Assembly: GCA_030531745.1 (NCBI GenBank)
Contig: JAUNMU010000002.1
Span: forward strand, 1 to 43,949
Direction of reading: 5' to 3'
DNA: 43,949 bases
Origin: Synergistes sp.
GTDB taxonomy: Bacteria > Synergistota > Synergistia > Synergistales > Synergistaceae
The translations under genes were made by a program, and so were the position numbers. Shown in pieces: positions 27,157 to 35,635 of this stretch (positions are counted from its first letter, which is position 1; each line of letters begins with the position of its first letter). Under the pieces are notes generated by a model that saw only the letters and a program-made list of their open reading frames with translations, made no database searches and was not told where the DNA came from.

Positions 27157-27960
27157 TTGCCTGAAGAGATTATTCAGCAAGTCAATGACAGTGAAAAAAC
27201 CAACGAGGCCGGTTTTGAGGCTCATCTCGGCTCATTCTCCGGCCCGTTGGATCTGTTGTGCCATTTGGTAGAATCAAGAGAATTAAATGCCGTTGAGTTA
27301 AATCTTACCGATCTTGTATCTCAATACATAGATTTTCTTGTAAAAGTGCGTAAAGCAACATTAAACGAACTGGCAGAATTTTTTACATTTGCCAGCAGAA
27401 TTATACTTCGCAAGGTACGTTCATTATTCTCCGATCAGGAAGAAGAACCCCAACAAGAAGATTTTGACCTCATTGACACGGATGATACAATATCAGAAGA
27501 TGATCTGCGTGCCATGATTGCAAGGTACAGACCGTACCGCAGCGCAGCGAAATGGCTTGCCGAAAGCAAAGAAAAAAGGGAAAGATATTTCCTGCGTGTA
27601 ATTGACGAAGAAGAAAATTATTACTTTGACATAGGAGACATAGAGACGCTTGCCTCAAAGTGGTGGGAGATCCTTGCCCTGTACGACGAAAGAACAAGGG
27701 CAGCGGAATATGATGCTGAGACTGAAATATGGGACGAAATTCCGGATGCAGTGCCGGAAGAACGGCAAATTGAAGACAGAATGGACGAATTGCTTGCGCT
27801 CGTGCGCGGTAAACGCCTGAAACTTGCAGATCTTCTTGCTGACAGATCATCAAAGACACTCATTGTAACGCTCCTTGCCATGCTTGAACTTTCAAGGCTG
27901 GGACTCATTCATATAATTCAACCTGAAACACTTGGGAGTGTAGAACTTGCAGCCGACTGA
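27157..27960 (+). CDS. scpA: Segregation and condensation protein A (kleisin)
   Basis: FSGPLDLLCHLVE N-terminal motif. TTG start. Followed by scpB. Confidence 0.87.
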   Translation: MPEEIIQQVNDSEKTNEAGFEAHLGSFSGPLDLLCHLVESRELNAVELNLTDLVSQYIDFLVKVRKATLNELAEFFTFASRIILRKVRSLFSDQEEEPQQEDFDLIDTDDTISEDDLRAMIARYRPYRSAAKWLAESKEKRERYFLRVIDEEENYYFDIGDIETLASKWWEILALYDERTRAAEYDAETEIWDEIPDAVPEERQIEDRMDELLALVRGKRLKLADLLADRSSKTLIVTLLAMLELSRLGLIHIIQPETLGSVELAAD

Positions 27961-28591
27961 AGAAAATAAAAATACAATAGGACAGATAGAACGGCAGATA
28001 GAGGCACTGCTCTTTGTCTCTCCTCAGCCGGTATCCACGGCCTCATTAGCTGCGCACCTCAGCATATCAGAAGAACGTGTTGAAAGTGCCGTCTCTGTGA
28101 TAAAAGATAAATTTGACAAAGAGAGCGGCCTTACACTTCTGAAACTCGCGGGCGGATGGCAGATGGCAACAGCTCCGGATCTTACCGATACCGTTGACAG
28201 CTTCGCTTCCTTCCTGTCAATGCAAAGGATTAGGCTTTCCCGTGCAGCACTGGAGACACTTGCCGTAATAGCGTACAATCAGCCCGTAACAATGGCAGAG
28301 ATAGAAGAAATACGCTCCGTCCGCTGTGACAGAGTGGTTGAAACACTGCTGAAAAACGGACTTATAGACAGACCTCACCGCGACAACAAAAAGAAATCAA
28401 TGCGGAGATACCGCACCACAAATAAATTTTTGGAAGTATTCGGACTTTCCGCAATAAGTGCGCTTCCAACTTTGGAAGAATTAAGAGAATACGATTCCTA
28501 CGAAGAGGACGCACCGGACGAAGAAAACACGAAAGACGAAGAATACGCAGAAGAGATGAATAACGATGAGCGAAGAGACGATACGGCTTAA
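27947..28591 (+). CDS. scpB: Segregation and condensation protein B
   Basis: IEALLFVSPQPVS motif and tandem winged-helix pattern (LSRAALETLAVIAYNQPVTMAEIEEIR). Acidic tail. Confidence 0.88.
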   Translation: MQPTEENKNTIGQIERQIEALLFVSPQPVSTASLAAHLSISEERVESAVSVIKDKFDKESGLTLLKLAGGWQMATAPDLTDTVDSFASFLSMQRIRLSRAALETLAVIAYNQPVTMAEIEEIRSVRCDRVVETLLKNGLIDRPHRDNKKKSMRRYRTTNKFLEVFGLSAISALPTLEELREYDSYEEDAPDEENTKDEEYAEEMNNDERRDDTA

Positions 28592-29297
28592 CCGCTACCT
28601 TGCAATGTGCGGCGCGGGCGCAAGACGAAAAGTTGAGGAATACATCTCGCAGGGTCGCGTAAAAATAAATAAAGAAACCGTAACAGAACCCGGCAGACAG
28701 GTATCCGCAAACGACCGCGTTGAATTTGACGGCAAAGTGATAAGCCCTGTCACGCAGAAATATCTGATATTTCATAAACCGACAGGCGTAATATCCGCTG
28801 TGGAAGACTCGCGGGAGCGCACCGTCATTGATATTCTTCCACCGTCAATGGACAAATACAGGCTTTTCCCCGTAGGACGCCTTGACCGCGACAGCGAGGG
28901 GCTGATAATCCTGACCAACGATGGGATATTCTCACAGGAACTTATCCATCCGCGAAACGGATTCACAAAAACTTATGAAGTGGAATTACGAAAACCGATG
29001 AATGAAGAGCGGCTTGCAAAATGGAGAAACGGAGTAGAAGCCGACGACCATTTTCTGCGCCCGCTGTCGGTGAGCAGAATAAACCGCGCACCATTCGGTC
29101 GCTGCTTTGAAGTTGTCCTCGGAGAAGGAATAAAACGCGAAATACGTGCAATGGCGCGTGCATTGGACAACGACGTCACAAAACTATTCCGCCGCAAAAT
29201 AGGCAAACTGACGCTCCAAAACCTGCCGCCGTGCGAATTTATAGAGACAACAAAAGAAGAACTGTGGGACTATATAAAAAACGGGAAAACGGTGTGA
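28566..29297 (+). CDS. rluB: Pseudouridine synthase, RsuA/RluB family (S4 domain + catalytic GRLD)
   Basis: S4 N-domain (RLNRYLAMCG...SRRKVEEYI) and catalytic motif VGRLDRDSEGLIILTNDG. Confidence 0.87.
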   Translation: MSEETIRLNRYLAMCGAGARRKVEEYISQGRVKINKETVTEPGRQVSANDRVEFDGKVISPVTQKYLIFHKPTGVISAVEDSRERTVIDILPPSMDKYRLFPVGRLDRDSEGLIILTNDGIFSQELIHPRNGFTKTYEVELRKPMNEERLAKWRNGVEADDHFLRPLSVSRINRAPFGRCFEVVLGEGIKREIRAMARALDNDVTKLFRRKIGKLTLQNLPPCEFIETTKEELWDYIKNGKTV

Positions 29298-29405
29298 TAT
29301 CCAAGGAAAACGTCAGATGATCTCACTTCTGCCGTCTACAATAAAGCCACGACAACATTATCATTTAACAAGAGTGCGTATATATAACCGATAGAAAAAT
29401 ACATT

Positions 29406-29448
29406 AAGGCTAAAATGCGATCGCATCGCATTTTAGCCTTAATTTTTT
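29406..29448 (+). terminator. Rho-independent terminator after rluB
   Basis: Perfect 16-bp stem AAGGCTAAAATGCGAT / ATCGCATTTTAGCCTT with a 3-nt loop, then AATTTTTT. Confidence 0.85.
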
Positions 29449-29504
29449 CCGTGAAATGTTGTAAAATATCCTTGCATATATAAAAATGAAAGGGTGCAAG
29501 AGAT

Positions 29505-30731
29505 ATGGGATACATAAAAAGAGATATAGAAACGGCAATGAGAGCTGCAATGGAAGACTACCCATGCATAATTGCAGCAGGGCCAAGGCAGGTCGGGAAG
29601 ACAACATTGTTGAAAAATATGTCGGAAGAGGGCAGAGATTATGTCACTCTTGACGATTTCGGTGACAGAGCGCTTGCAAAAAATGATCCGGCACTTTTCT
29701 TGTCGCTCCACAAACCGCCCGTCCTGATTGATGAAGTACAGTATGCACCTGAGTTGTTCCCATATATAAAAATTGCGGCAGACAACGGCGCACCGGCATC
29801 ATCCTTTTGGCTGACGGGGTCGCAGACTTTCTCTCTTATGTCATTGGCGCAGGAATCTTTGGCTGGGCGATGTGCTGTTTTTCGGATTCCATCGCTTTCA
29901 CAGCATGAAATATACGGTACCGGCGAAAATTCTCCGTTTACCCTATCACTTGATGCCCTTAATGAAAGACGATTCAGAGGAAATACCGCCTCTGTCTCGG
30001 AGATTTTTAGGCGTATTTGGCGCGGCTCAATGCCCGGACACATAAGCGGAAAATTCAAAGACCGCGATATATTTTATTCAAGCTACATTCAAACATATAT
30101 TGAGCGTGATGTCAGTGAAGCGGTTGATATTGCAAATAAATTTCAATTCACTGATTTTATTCGCGCTGCTGCCTGCCGCACATCTCAAATGCTGAATATA
30201 CACAGCATTGCCGCCGATGTCGGTATTTCCGATGATACGGCAAAACGCTGGCTGCATGTTTTGGAAAAATCAGGTGTAATATTTTACCTGCATCCGTATA
30301 GTGCCAATTTGTTGAAACGAACAGTAAAGACGCCGAAGATGTATTTCTTTGACACCGGACTTACTGCGTACCTGACAAAATATACCTCGCCGGAAATTTT
30401 GGAAGCAGGGGCAATAAACGGTGCATTGCTTGAAAATTATGTTGTTGCGGAACTTCGTAAAAGTTGGACAAATGCCGCAAAGGATTGCCCGATTTGGTAT
30501 TACAGGGACAAAAATTCCCGTGAGATTGATATTATAATGGAGTTTGACGGAGAACTTCACCCAATAGAGATAAAGAAAACAATAAATCCCGATGCGCGTT
30601 TGATACGCACATTTGAAATTTTAGACTCCTCTGTCTCCGTTCCACGCGGCACCGGAGCCGTACTCTGCATGCGTGAGAGCATCTCCGCGTTTGACGCGCA
30701 AAACTTCATTGTGCCTGTATGGATGATATGA
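29505..30731 (+). CDS. AAA+ ATPase, AAA_14 + DUF4143 type (orphan ATP-binding protein)
   Basis: Walker A GPRQVGKTT and Walker B LIDEVQ. The C-terminal region is typical of DUF4143 proteins (YFFDTGL..., REIDII). Confidence 0.75.
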   Translation: MGYIKRDIETAMRAAMEDYPCIIAAGPRQVGKTTLLKNMSEEGRDYVTLDDFGDRALAKNDPALFLSLHKPPVLIDEVQYAPELFPYIKIAADNGAPASSFWLTGSQTFSLMSLAQESLAGRCAVFRIPSLSQHEIYGTGENSPFTLSLDALNERRFRGNTASVSEIFRRIWRGSMPGHISGKFKDRDIFYSSYIQTYIERDVSEAVDIANKFQFTDFIRAAACRTSQMLNIHSIAADVGISDDTAKRWLHVLEKSGVIFYLHPYSANLLKRTVKTPKMYFFDTGLTAYLTKYTSPEILEAGAINGALLENYVVAELRKSWTNAAKDCPIWYYRDKNSREIDIIMEFDGELHPIEIKKTINPDARLIRTFEILDSSVSVPRGTGAVLCMRESISAFDAQNFIVPVWMI

Positions 30732-30903
30732 AATTGTGATTTATGATGAAATAATTTTGTGCATTGAAGATGTATTGACTGTAAAGGACCAGAAAAAAAC
30801 CGTGTGGCTGCGAAAGACAACAGAGAGAAAGAATTTGCGGCAACCGTAAAATCCCACTGCCGCCGTGCGCTGAAAGTATCAAAAATTCGGCGTGCGGTCG
30901 TTT

Positions 30904-31260
30904 TTATGCCATATTGACAGAGATCCCATCTTTCACCGCCGCTGAAATAAATGCCTGATCCTTAGCATAAGAAAATACCTTAAATTTAGCCTCCGGTGTC
31001 ATAGAAAGCATCATACTCACAGTCTCCGAAACCGTACTGTCGGAAATGCCTTTTACGGCAGTGCTTGAATTGTACTCAAATAAATCATTCGGCGAACAGT
31101 CAAGAAGATCAAAGAGTTTTACAACGATCGGCAGCGAAGGCTGGGCGCGTCCCTTTTCTATCGCAGAAATATAATTCGGTGACACAAAGAGCTTTTCCGC
31201 AAGTTCACTCTGCTTCATTCCCTTAAGCATCCTAAAATGTTTTATCCTGTCTCCAAGCAT
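30904..31260 (-). CDS. XRE-family helix-turn-helix transcriptional regulator
   Basis: HTH_3 signature (IKHFRMLKGMKQSELAEKLFVSPNYISAIEKGRAQPSL). ATG 31260 is preceded by GGGGG at 9 nt. The longer ORF adds only a hydrophobic leader. Confidence 0.8.
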   Translation of the reverse strand: MLGDRIKHFRMLKGMKQSELAEKLFVSPNYISAIEKGRAQPSLPIVVKLFDLLDCSPNDLFEYNSSTAVKGISDSTVSETVSMMLSMTPEAKFKVFSYAKDQAFISAAVKDGISVNMA

Positions 31261-31287
31261 TGATAATACCCCCATAACTGTGCTAAT

Positions 31288-31300
31288 GATAAATATTATC
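31288..31300. promoter_or_regulatory. Palindrome GATAA-ata-TTATC in the divergent XRE/cassette control region
   Basis: Perfect 5-bp arms with a 3-bp spacer, 28 nt upstream of the XRE start. Confidence 0.4.
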
Positions 31301-31327
31301 AATGCGACAAACAATTCACTGTTAGTG

Positions 31328-31355
31328 TTGACAAAAGCAATATAAGTATTATAAT
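31328..31355 (+). promoter_or_regulatory. Near-consensus sigma70 promoter for the five-gene cassette (TTGACA-N16-TATAAT)
   Basis: TTGACA at 31328-31333 and TATAAT at 31350-31355, 63 nt upstream of ATG 31419. Confidence 0.6.
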
Positions 31356-31418
31356 GACCATAGATGGCATTTATAGAATTAAAAATACAACTATAAATGT
31401 TACTTAGGAGGGAATGTT

Positions 31419-32198
31419 ATGAAAAGATTTTTAACACTGTTTGCATTGCTGTTTGTTGTGGGTTTGCCTTGTAATGCTTATGCGTATGTTAATTATGACC
31501 CTGATTTGAATCCTGTACTACATAATGCTTCGGACGAGGATTTACAGCCTTTGGTTGAGTATATTACAGGAAAATTGAGCAATTATATTGAAATAGATGA
31601 GAATTACAAAAGAGATCCATACAAACCTACGGCTTATGCTAATACAATAGCTTCCGAGATACGCAGTATGGGTGGAAACACTTTTGCGAATTTGGTGCGC
31701 GGCGGCGGAGTTGAGTACAGGGAAATTGTCTGTGATGTGGCAGACAAACTCAAAGTTAACTATAACAAAAATGCAAGTGTTGAAAGAATTGAAGGATATA
31801 TAATTCAAAAATTATTTGCCGATGTTTTGGAAAGTTTACCAAGCAAGGAAAGAGAACAGTTATTGAACGACATTGCCCCAGGTGTCCCACTTAAAAAGCA
31901 AGCCGCAGCTGCGGCGGCAATAGCGGCTTTTAATGCCGGAGGATTTGTTTCGTATAAGATAGCTCTGATAGTAGCTAACAGCGTTGCTAAAATAATCTTG
32001 GGACATGGTTTGTCCTTAGCTGCAAACGCGACGTTGACTCAAACATTGGGAATCTTGAGCGGTCCTGTAGGTTGGGCAGCCGTAGGAGCTTGGACACTAA
32101 TTAACGTGGCAGGTCCGAGTTATAAGGTGACAATACCATGCGTTGTACATATTGCTATGTTGCGACAGAAACAGAAATACGAGGATTATGCGGATTAG
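31419..32198 (+). CDS. YaaW/UPF0174-like protein carrying an N-terminal signal peptide
   Basis: From memory of E. coli YaaW: GGNTFANLVRGGGVEYREIVCDVADKLKV resembles GGDSIANKLRGHGKLYRAILLDVSKRLKL, and YKVTIPCVVHIAMLRQ resembles YRVTIPAVLQIACLRR. Signal peptide MKRFLTLFALLFVVGLPCNAYA. SD AGGAGG at 7 nt. Confidence 0.7.
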   Translation: MKRFLTLFALLFVVGLPCNAYAYVNYDPDLNPVLHNASDEDLQPLVEYITGKLSNYIEIDENYKRDPYKPTAYANTIASEIRSMGGNTFANLVRGGGVEYREIVCDVADKLKVNYNKNASVERIEGYIIQKLFADVLESLPSKEREQLLNDIAPGVPLKKQAAAAAAIAAFNAGGFVSYKIALIVANSVAKIILGHGLSLAANATLTQTLGILSGPVGWAAVGAWTLINVAGPSYKVTIPCVVHIAMLRQKQKYEDYAD

Positions 32199-32263
32199 CA
32201 TAGTTTTAGCGAATGAGTTTTGTGTATTTTGAAATATATATTTGAATGAACGGAGGAGTTGTT

Positions 32264-32491
32264 GTGTCTAAGAAGGAAGTAATTGAACCGATAGGAAGGA
32301 CTGAAGATGGTAAAATCTGCTGTCCGAAATGTGGTAGCACTAATTTGCAAGCCGTGTCAGATACGCATAGTAAAGGAATTAGTTTTTGGAAGGTGTGTCT
32401 GTGCGGATTGTTCGGTTTTTGTGGCGCTAATAAACCAGTTACGGAGCATTATTGGGTATGTTCTGATTGCGGATCTAAGTTCAAACAGTGA
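32264..32491 (+). CDS. Small zinc-ribbon membrane protein (CxxC - hydrophobic segment - CxxC; LITAF-like topology)
   Basis: CPKCGS ... ISFWKVCLCGLFGFCGA ... HYWVCSDCGS. GTG 32264 is preceded by GGAGGAG at 7 nt; the ATG at 32246 lacks an SD. Confidence 0.6.
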   Translation: MSKKEVIEPIGRTEDGKICCPKCGSTNLQAVSDTHSKGISFWKVCLCGLFGFCGANKPVTEHYWVCSDCGSKFKQ

Positions 32492-32880
32492 AAAATAAGG
32501 GAGTTGAAATTTGGATTAAGTTAATGGACATAAGTGCTAAATATTGGGGCTGTCATCAAATGCCACAACGCAGTTTTTTCTTGGGTGATTGGCAGTTCCC
32601 GATATGTGCACGTTGCACCGGGGTTTTGGTAGGTTATATAATGGCAATGTTTTGTCGTTCATTGTTGCGCCATCGTCTTAGTTTGAGCGACTATATGATG
32701 TTGATGTTGCCTATGGCTGTTGACGGAGGAATACAGTACATATCACGGTATGAATCAACTAATTTACGCAGATTTTTTACCGGTCTGCTTGCAGGGATAG
32801 GATTGATGTCCATAGTACTGAATTTAGTTGCTTGCATTTTATCTGCGCTACACAAATTGCTTGAGTTTGAACCGCTATAG
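32488..32880 (+). CDS. DUF2085 family membrane protein
   Basis: CHQMPQRSF...FPICARCTGVLVGY signature plus three further TM segments. Start is uncertain: GTG 32488 (overlaps the upstream stop) or ATG 32524. Confidence 0.7.
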   Translation: MKNKGVEIWIKLMDISAKYWGCHQMPQRSFFLGDWQFPICARCTGVLVGYIMAMFCRSLLRHRLSLSDYMMLMLPMAVDGGIQYISRYESTNLRRFFTGLLAGIGLMSIVLNLVACILSALHKLLEFEPL

Positions 32881-32900
32881 TTGGGGAAGGTGCGTTTTCT

Positions 32901-33266
32901 ATGATCATAAGCTTGTATGGGAAAAAACACGATTTAATCAAAGTTAAATATGGTTTTAGTTGGACTGTACTTTTCTTTGGTTTCTTTGCACCGTTTTTCA
33001 GGCGTGATATAAAATGGGGTGCGATAATGTTTGTAGCAACTATTGGAGTTATTTGGTTAACCGTGGAACTACATCTACCTGTTGACATGCAGCCTTTTTG
33101 CCTTTATATTGCGCAGATACTATTTTCTTTTATATATAATAATATTTATATTAAAGAGTTGTTGGCAAAAGGATATATGCCATACGATAATGTATCAAGA
33201 ACAATACTTATTGAGAATGGTTATCTTACGGATGACTTTGACTTTGGTAAAAAGGAAGAAGTTTAG
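32901..33266 (+). CDS. DUF2628-like small membrane protein
   Basis: GFSWTVLFFGFFAPFFRRDIKWG motif resembles DUF2628. Two TM helices. SD GGGGAAGGTG. Confidence 0.5.
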   Translation: MIISLYGKKHDLIKVKYGFSWTVLFFGFFAPFFRRDIKWGAIMFVATIGVIWLTVELHLPVDMQPFCLYIAQILFSFIYNNIYIKELLAKGYMPYDNVSRTILIENGYLTDDFDFGKKEEV

Positions 33267-33278
33267 AGGTCTTACGGC

Positions 33279-33728
33279 ATGAAGAAAGTTATTATGTTCT
33301 TAGTCACTGTTTGTATTTTTGTATCTTCGGGTGAATGTTTTGCCGAAAACTGGAAGTATGCGGTAACATCTATGGGCGGAGATAAATACTATGTTGATAT
33401 GGACAGTGTTTATGAGCAGAAACTACCGTTTGGCGCAAGTGACATTTTCTTTTACGTTAAAATCACTTATGGTAGTGACGGCAAAAGAAAAATGTCTAAA
33501 AAATACGGAGAGCCGATCGCTTGTGCGATAGAAAGATGGGCTGTTTCTTTTAGAGAGTATTTTGTGACAATAGTGAGTTATAAAATATATAACACAAGCG
33601 GTAAGGTGGTATCTAAATCAAGCAGAGAGTTAGATTACAATAACTATGAGGAGATAAAAGAAAATACAATCGCTGATAAAGTGGCTGACTTGGTTTGGAA
33701 AACAAAATTTCTACCAAGACTTCAGTAA
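33279..33728 (+). CDS. Secreted hypothetical protein
   Basis: Signal peptide MKKVIMFLVTVCIFVSSGECFA, then a beta-rich region of about 125 aa (KYYVDMDSV...). No family recognised. Confidence 0.6.
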   Translation: MKKVIMFLVTVCIFVSSGECFAENWKYAVTSMGGDKYYVDMDSVYEQKLPFGASDIFFYVKITYGSDGKRKMSKKYGEPIACAIERWAVSFREYFVTIVSYKIYNTSGKVVSKSSRELDYNNYEEIKENTIADKVADLVWKTKFLPRLQ

Positions 33729-33756
33729 TCTCAATGATTATTGCTCCCTTAATAAA

Positions 33757-33812
33757 ACCGCCGTCTTCCTGCGAGCGGCGTAATCGCCGCACAGGAAGAC
33801 GGCGGTTTTTTT
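33757..33812 (+). terminator. Rho-independent terminator of the five-gene cassette
   Basis: 15-bp stem ACCGCCGTCTTCCTG / CAGGAAGACGGCGGT followed by TTTTTTT. Confidence 0.85.
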
Positions 33813-33858
33813 CGGCTTTCGCGCATCGGAATAGATTTTAGTACGATAATTTACGAAA

Positions 33859-33955
33859 GATTTTAGCTTCTTGCCTATAATCAGCGCAAAACAGCTATAG
33901 TGTTTATCTGCCAAAAACGAATTAATCAGCGTGTCCTTATCTATGCCGTATCAAT
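33859..33955 (+). repeat. Composite intergenic repeat, copy R3 (degenerate end of B plus D module 33879-33936 plus a partial extra D tail)
   Basis: TAATCAGCGCAAAACAGCTATAGTGTTTATCTGCCAAAAACGAATTAATCAGCGTGTCC aligns with the D modules of R1, R2 and R5. Confidence 0.75.
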
Positions 33956-34036
33956 TAAAAACTTTTCAAAGGACAAAAACTCGCCGTAATTTCTGATTGT
34001 CGTTTATAATATTCCCGGCAGAGGGAGGCGATTGCC

Positions 34037-35620
34037 GTGGGGAAATATTTTAATCCGAGTAATCAGAGCTTTACAGATGATTCTACAGCTCCGATATACG
34101 TTGATAAAACGGGGCTGCTTGAACATCTGAATAGATGCATACGCACACCGAACAGGTGCGTAGCCGTCAGCCACGCAAGACGCTTCGGCAAATCGCAGGC
34201 CGCGGGAATGTTAGACGCATATTACAGCAAAGGCTGTAATTCGCACGAACTCTTTTCAAGGTTTGAGATCGCAAAAACGGCGGATTTTGAAAAATACCTG
34301 AATAAATATAATGTCATACACATTGATATGGCGCAAATGTGCGATAACTGCAACGGAGATTTCATGGAAAAACTCTTCAAAACACTTACCGCTGAATTTG
34401 CCGCATCGGAACTCGGTGACAAACTTGACTGTTCCAAACCTGTTGAACTTGTGATAAGTGACATATACACGCTGACCGATTTACCCTTTGTCATAATCAT
34501 AGATGAATGGGACTGCGTAGTGCGTAATTACGCAAGTGATCAAAGACTTGTACATGAGTATATGCAGTTTCTGCACGCTCTCTTCAAAAGTGAATTGGCA
34601 AAACAGTTTCTTGCCCTCGGCTATATAACAGGCATACTCCCGATAAAGAAATTTGATGACGAATCAACACTGAATAATTTCAGAGAATATACGATGATAA
34701 ATTCAAGAGGGCTGACAAAGTACTTCGGTTTCACCGAAAACGAAGTGGAAGAACTGTGCATAAAATATAACGCGGATATTGTAGGTGTGAAAGAATGGTA
34801 CGATGGCTATGACATAAATGGCATATCAATGTATAATCCGAACTCGGTTTGTCAGGCTATGGAGTTTCATGAACTCACATCTTATTGGACGAATACTTCC
34901 TCTTTCAGCACCATAAACAGATTTGTTACGCTGAACTTTGAAGGGCTGAAAGATGACGTTATAAATATGCTCAAGGGTGAGAGAGTTGCTGTAAATGTCC
35001 GCACGTTTAGGAACGATTTGTCCGAGATAAACTCAAAGGACGATGCTTTGACTGCACTCATACATTTGGGTTATCTTGCATACGATACTGAGATGGAAGA
35101 GGCATACATACCGAACTTTGAAGTTGCCCTTGCATATCATTCCGCACTGCCGTCAAGCGGCTGGAAGGACGTTGCCGACTCAATATCGCGTTGTACCGAT
35201 CTGTTGAATGCAACGATAAGAAAAGACGAAGAAAAAGTTGCGGAGCTGATAGATAAGGCTCACACTGCGTACACTTCGCATATCAAATACAATGATGAAA
35301 ATTCTCTGTCATGTGTTGTGTCAATGGCGTACTTCACAGCTCCCGCGTATTATACGATAGTCCGTGAATTTGCATCCGGCAGAGGCTTTGCGGATCTTGC
35401 TTTCATACCGAAGAAAATGTCATCAAACAGACCGCCTATGATAATAGAACTTAAATGGAACAAGTCTGCCGACAGCGCGATAAAACAAGTTAAAGAAAAA
35501 AGGTATCACGGAGCACTCTCCGGATTTTGTAATGAAATTCTCCTTGTAGGTATAAACTACGACAAAGACGACAAGGATAAAAAACATACGTGCAAAATAG
35601 AAAGAGTGAGGAACGTGTAA
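34037..35620 (+). CDS. AAA-ATPase-like (PF09820-type) protein with C-terminal PD-(D/E)XK nuclease-like domain
   Basis: N-terminus FTDDSTAPIYVDKTGLLEHL...RFGKSQAAGMLDAYY and IIDEWD are typical of the predicted AAA-ATPase family. C-terminal GRGFADLAFIP...IIELKWN is a PD-(D/E)XK-like motif. GTG start with AGAGGGAGG SD. Confidence 0.75.
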   Translation: MGKYFNPSNQSFTDDSTAPIYVDKTGLLEHLNRCIRTPNRCVAVSHARRFGKSQAAGMLDAYYSKGCNSHELFSRFEIAKTADFEKYLNKYNVIHIDMAQMCDNCNGDFMEKLFKTLTAEFAASELGDKLDCSKPVELVISDIYTLTDLPFVIIIDEWDCVVRNYASDQRLVHEYMQFLHALFKSELAKQFLALGYITGILPIKKFDDESTLNNFREYTMINSRGLTKYFGFTENEVEELCIKYNADIVGVKEWYDGYDINGISMYNPNSVCQAMEFHELTSYWTNTSSFSTINRFVTLNFEGLKDDVINMLKGERVAVNVRTFRNDLSEINSKDDALTALIHLGYLAYDTEMEEAYIPNFEVALAYHSALPSSGWKDVADSISRCTDLLNATIRKDEEKVAELIDKAHTAYTSHIKYNDENSLSCVVSMAYFTAPAYYTIVREFASGRGFADLAFIPKKMSSNRPPMIIELKWNKSADSAIKQVKEKRYHGALSGFCNEILLVGINYDKDDKDKKHTCKIERVRNV

Positions 35621-35635
35621 ATGCTGATGTTTTGA

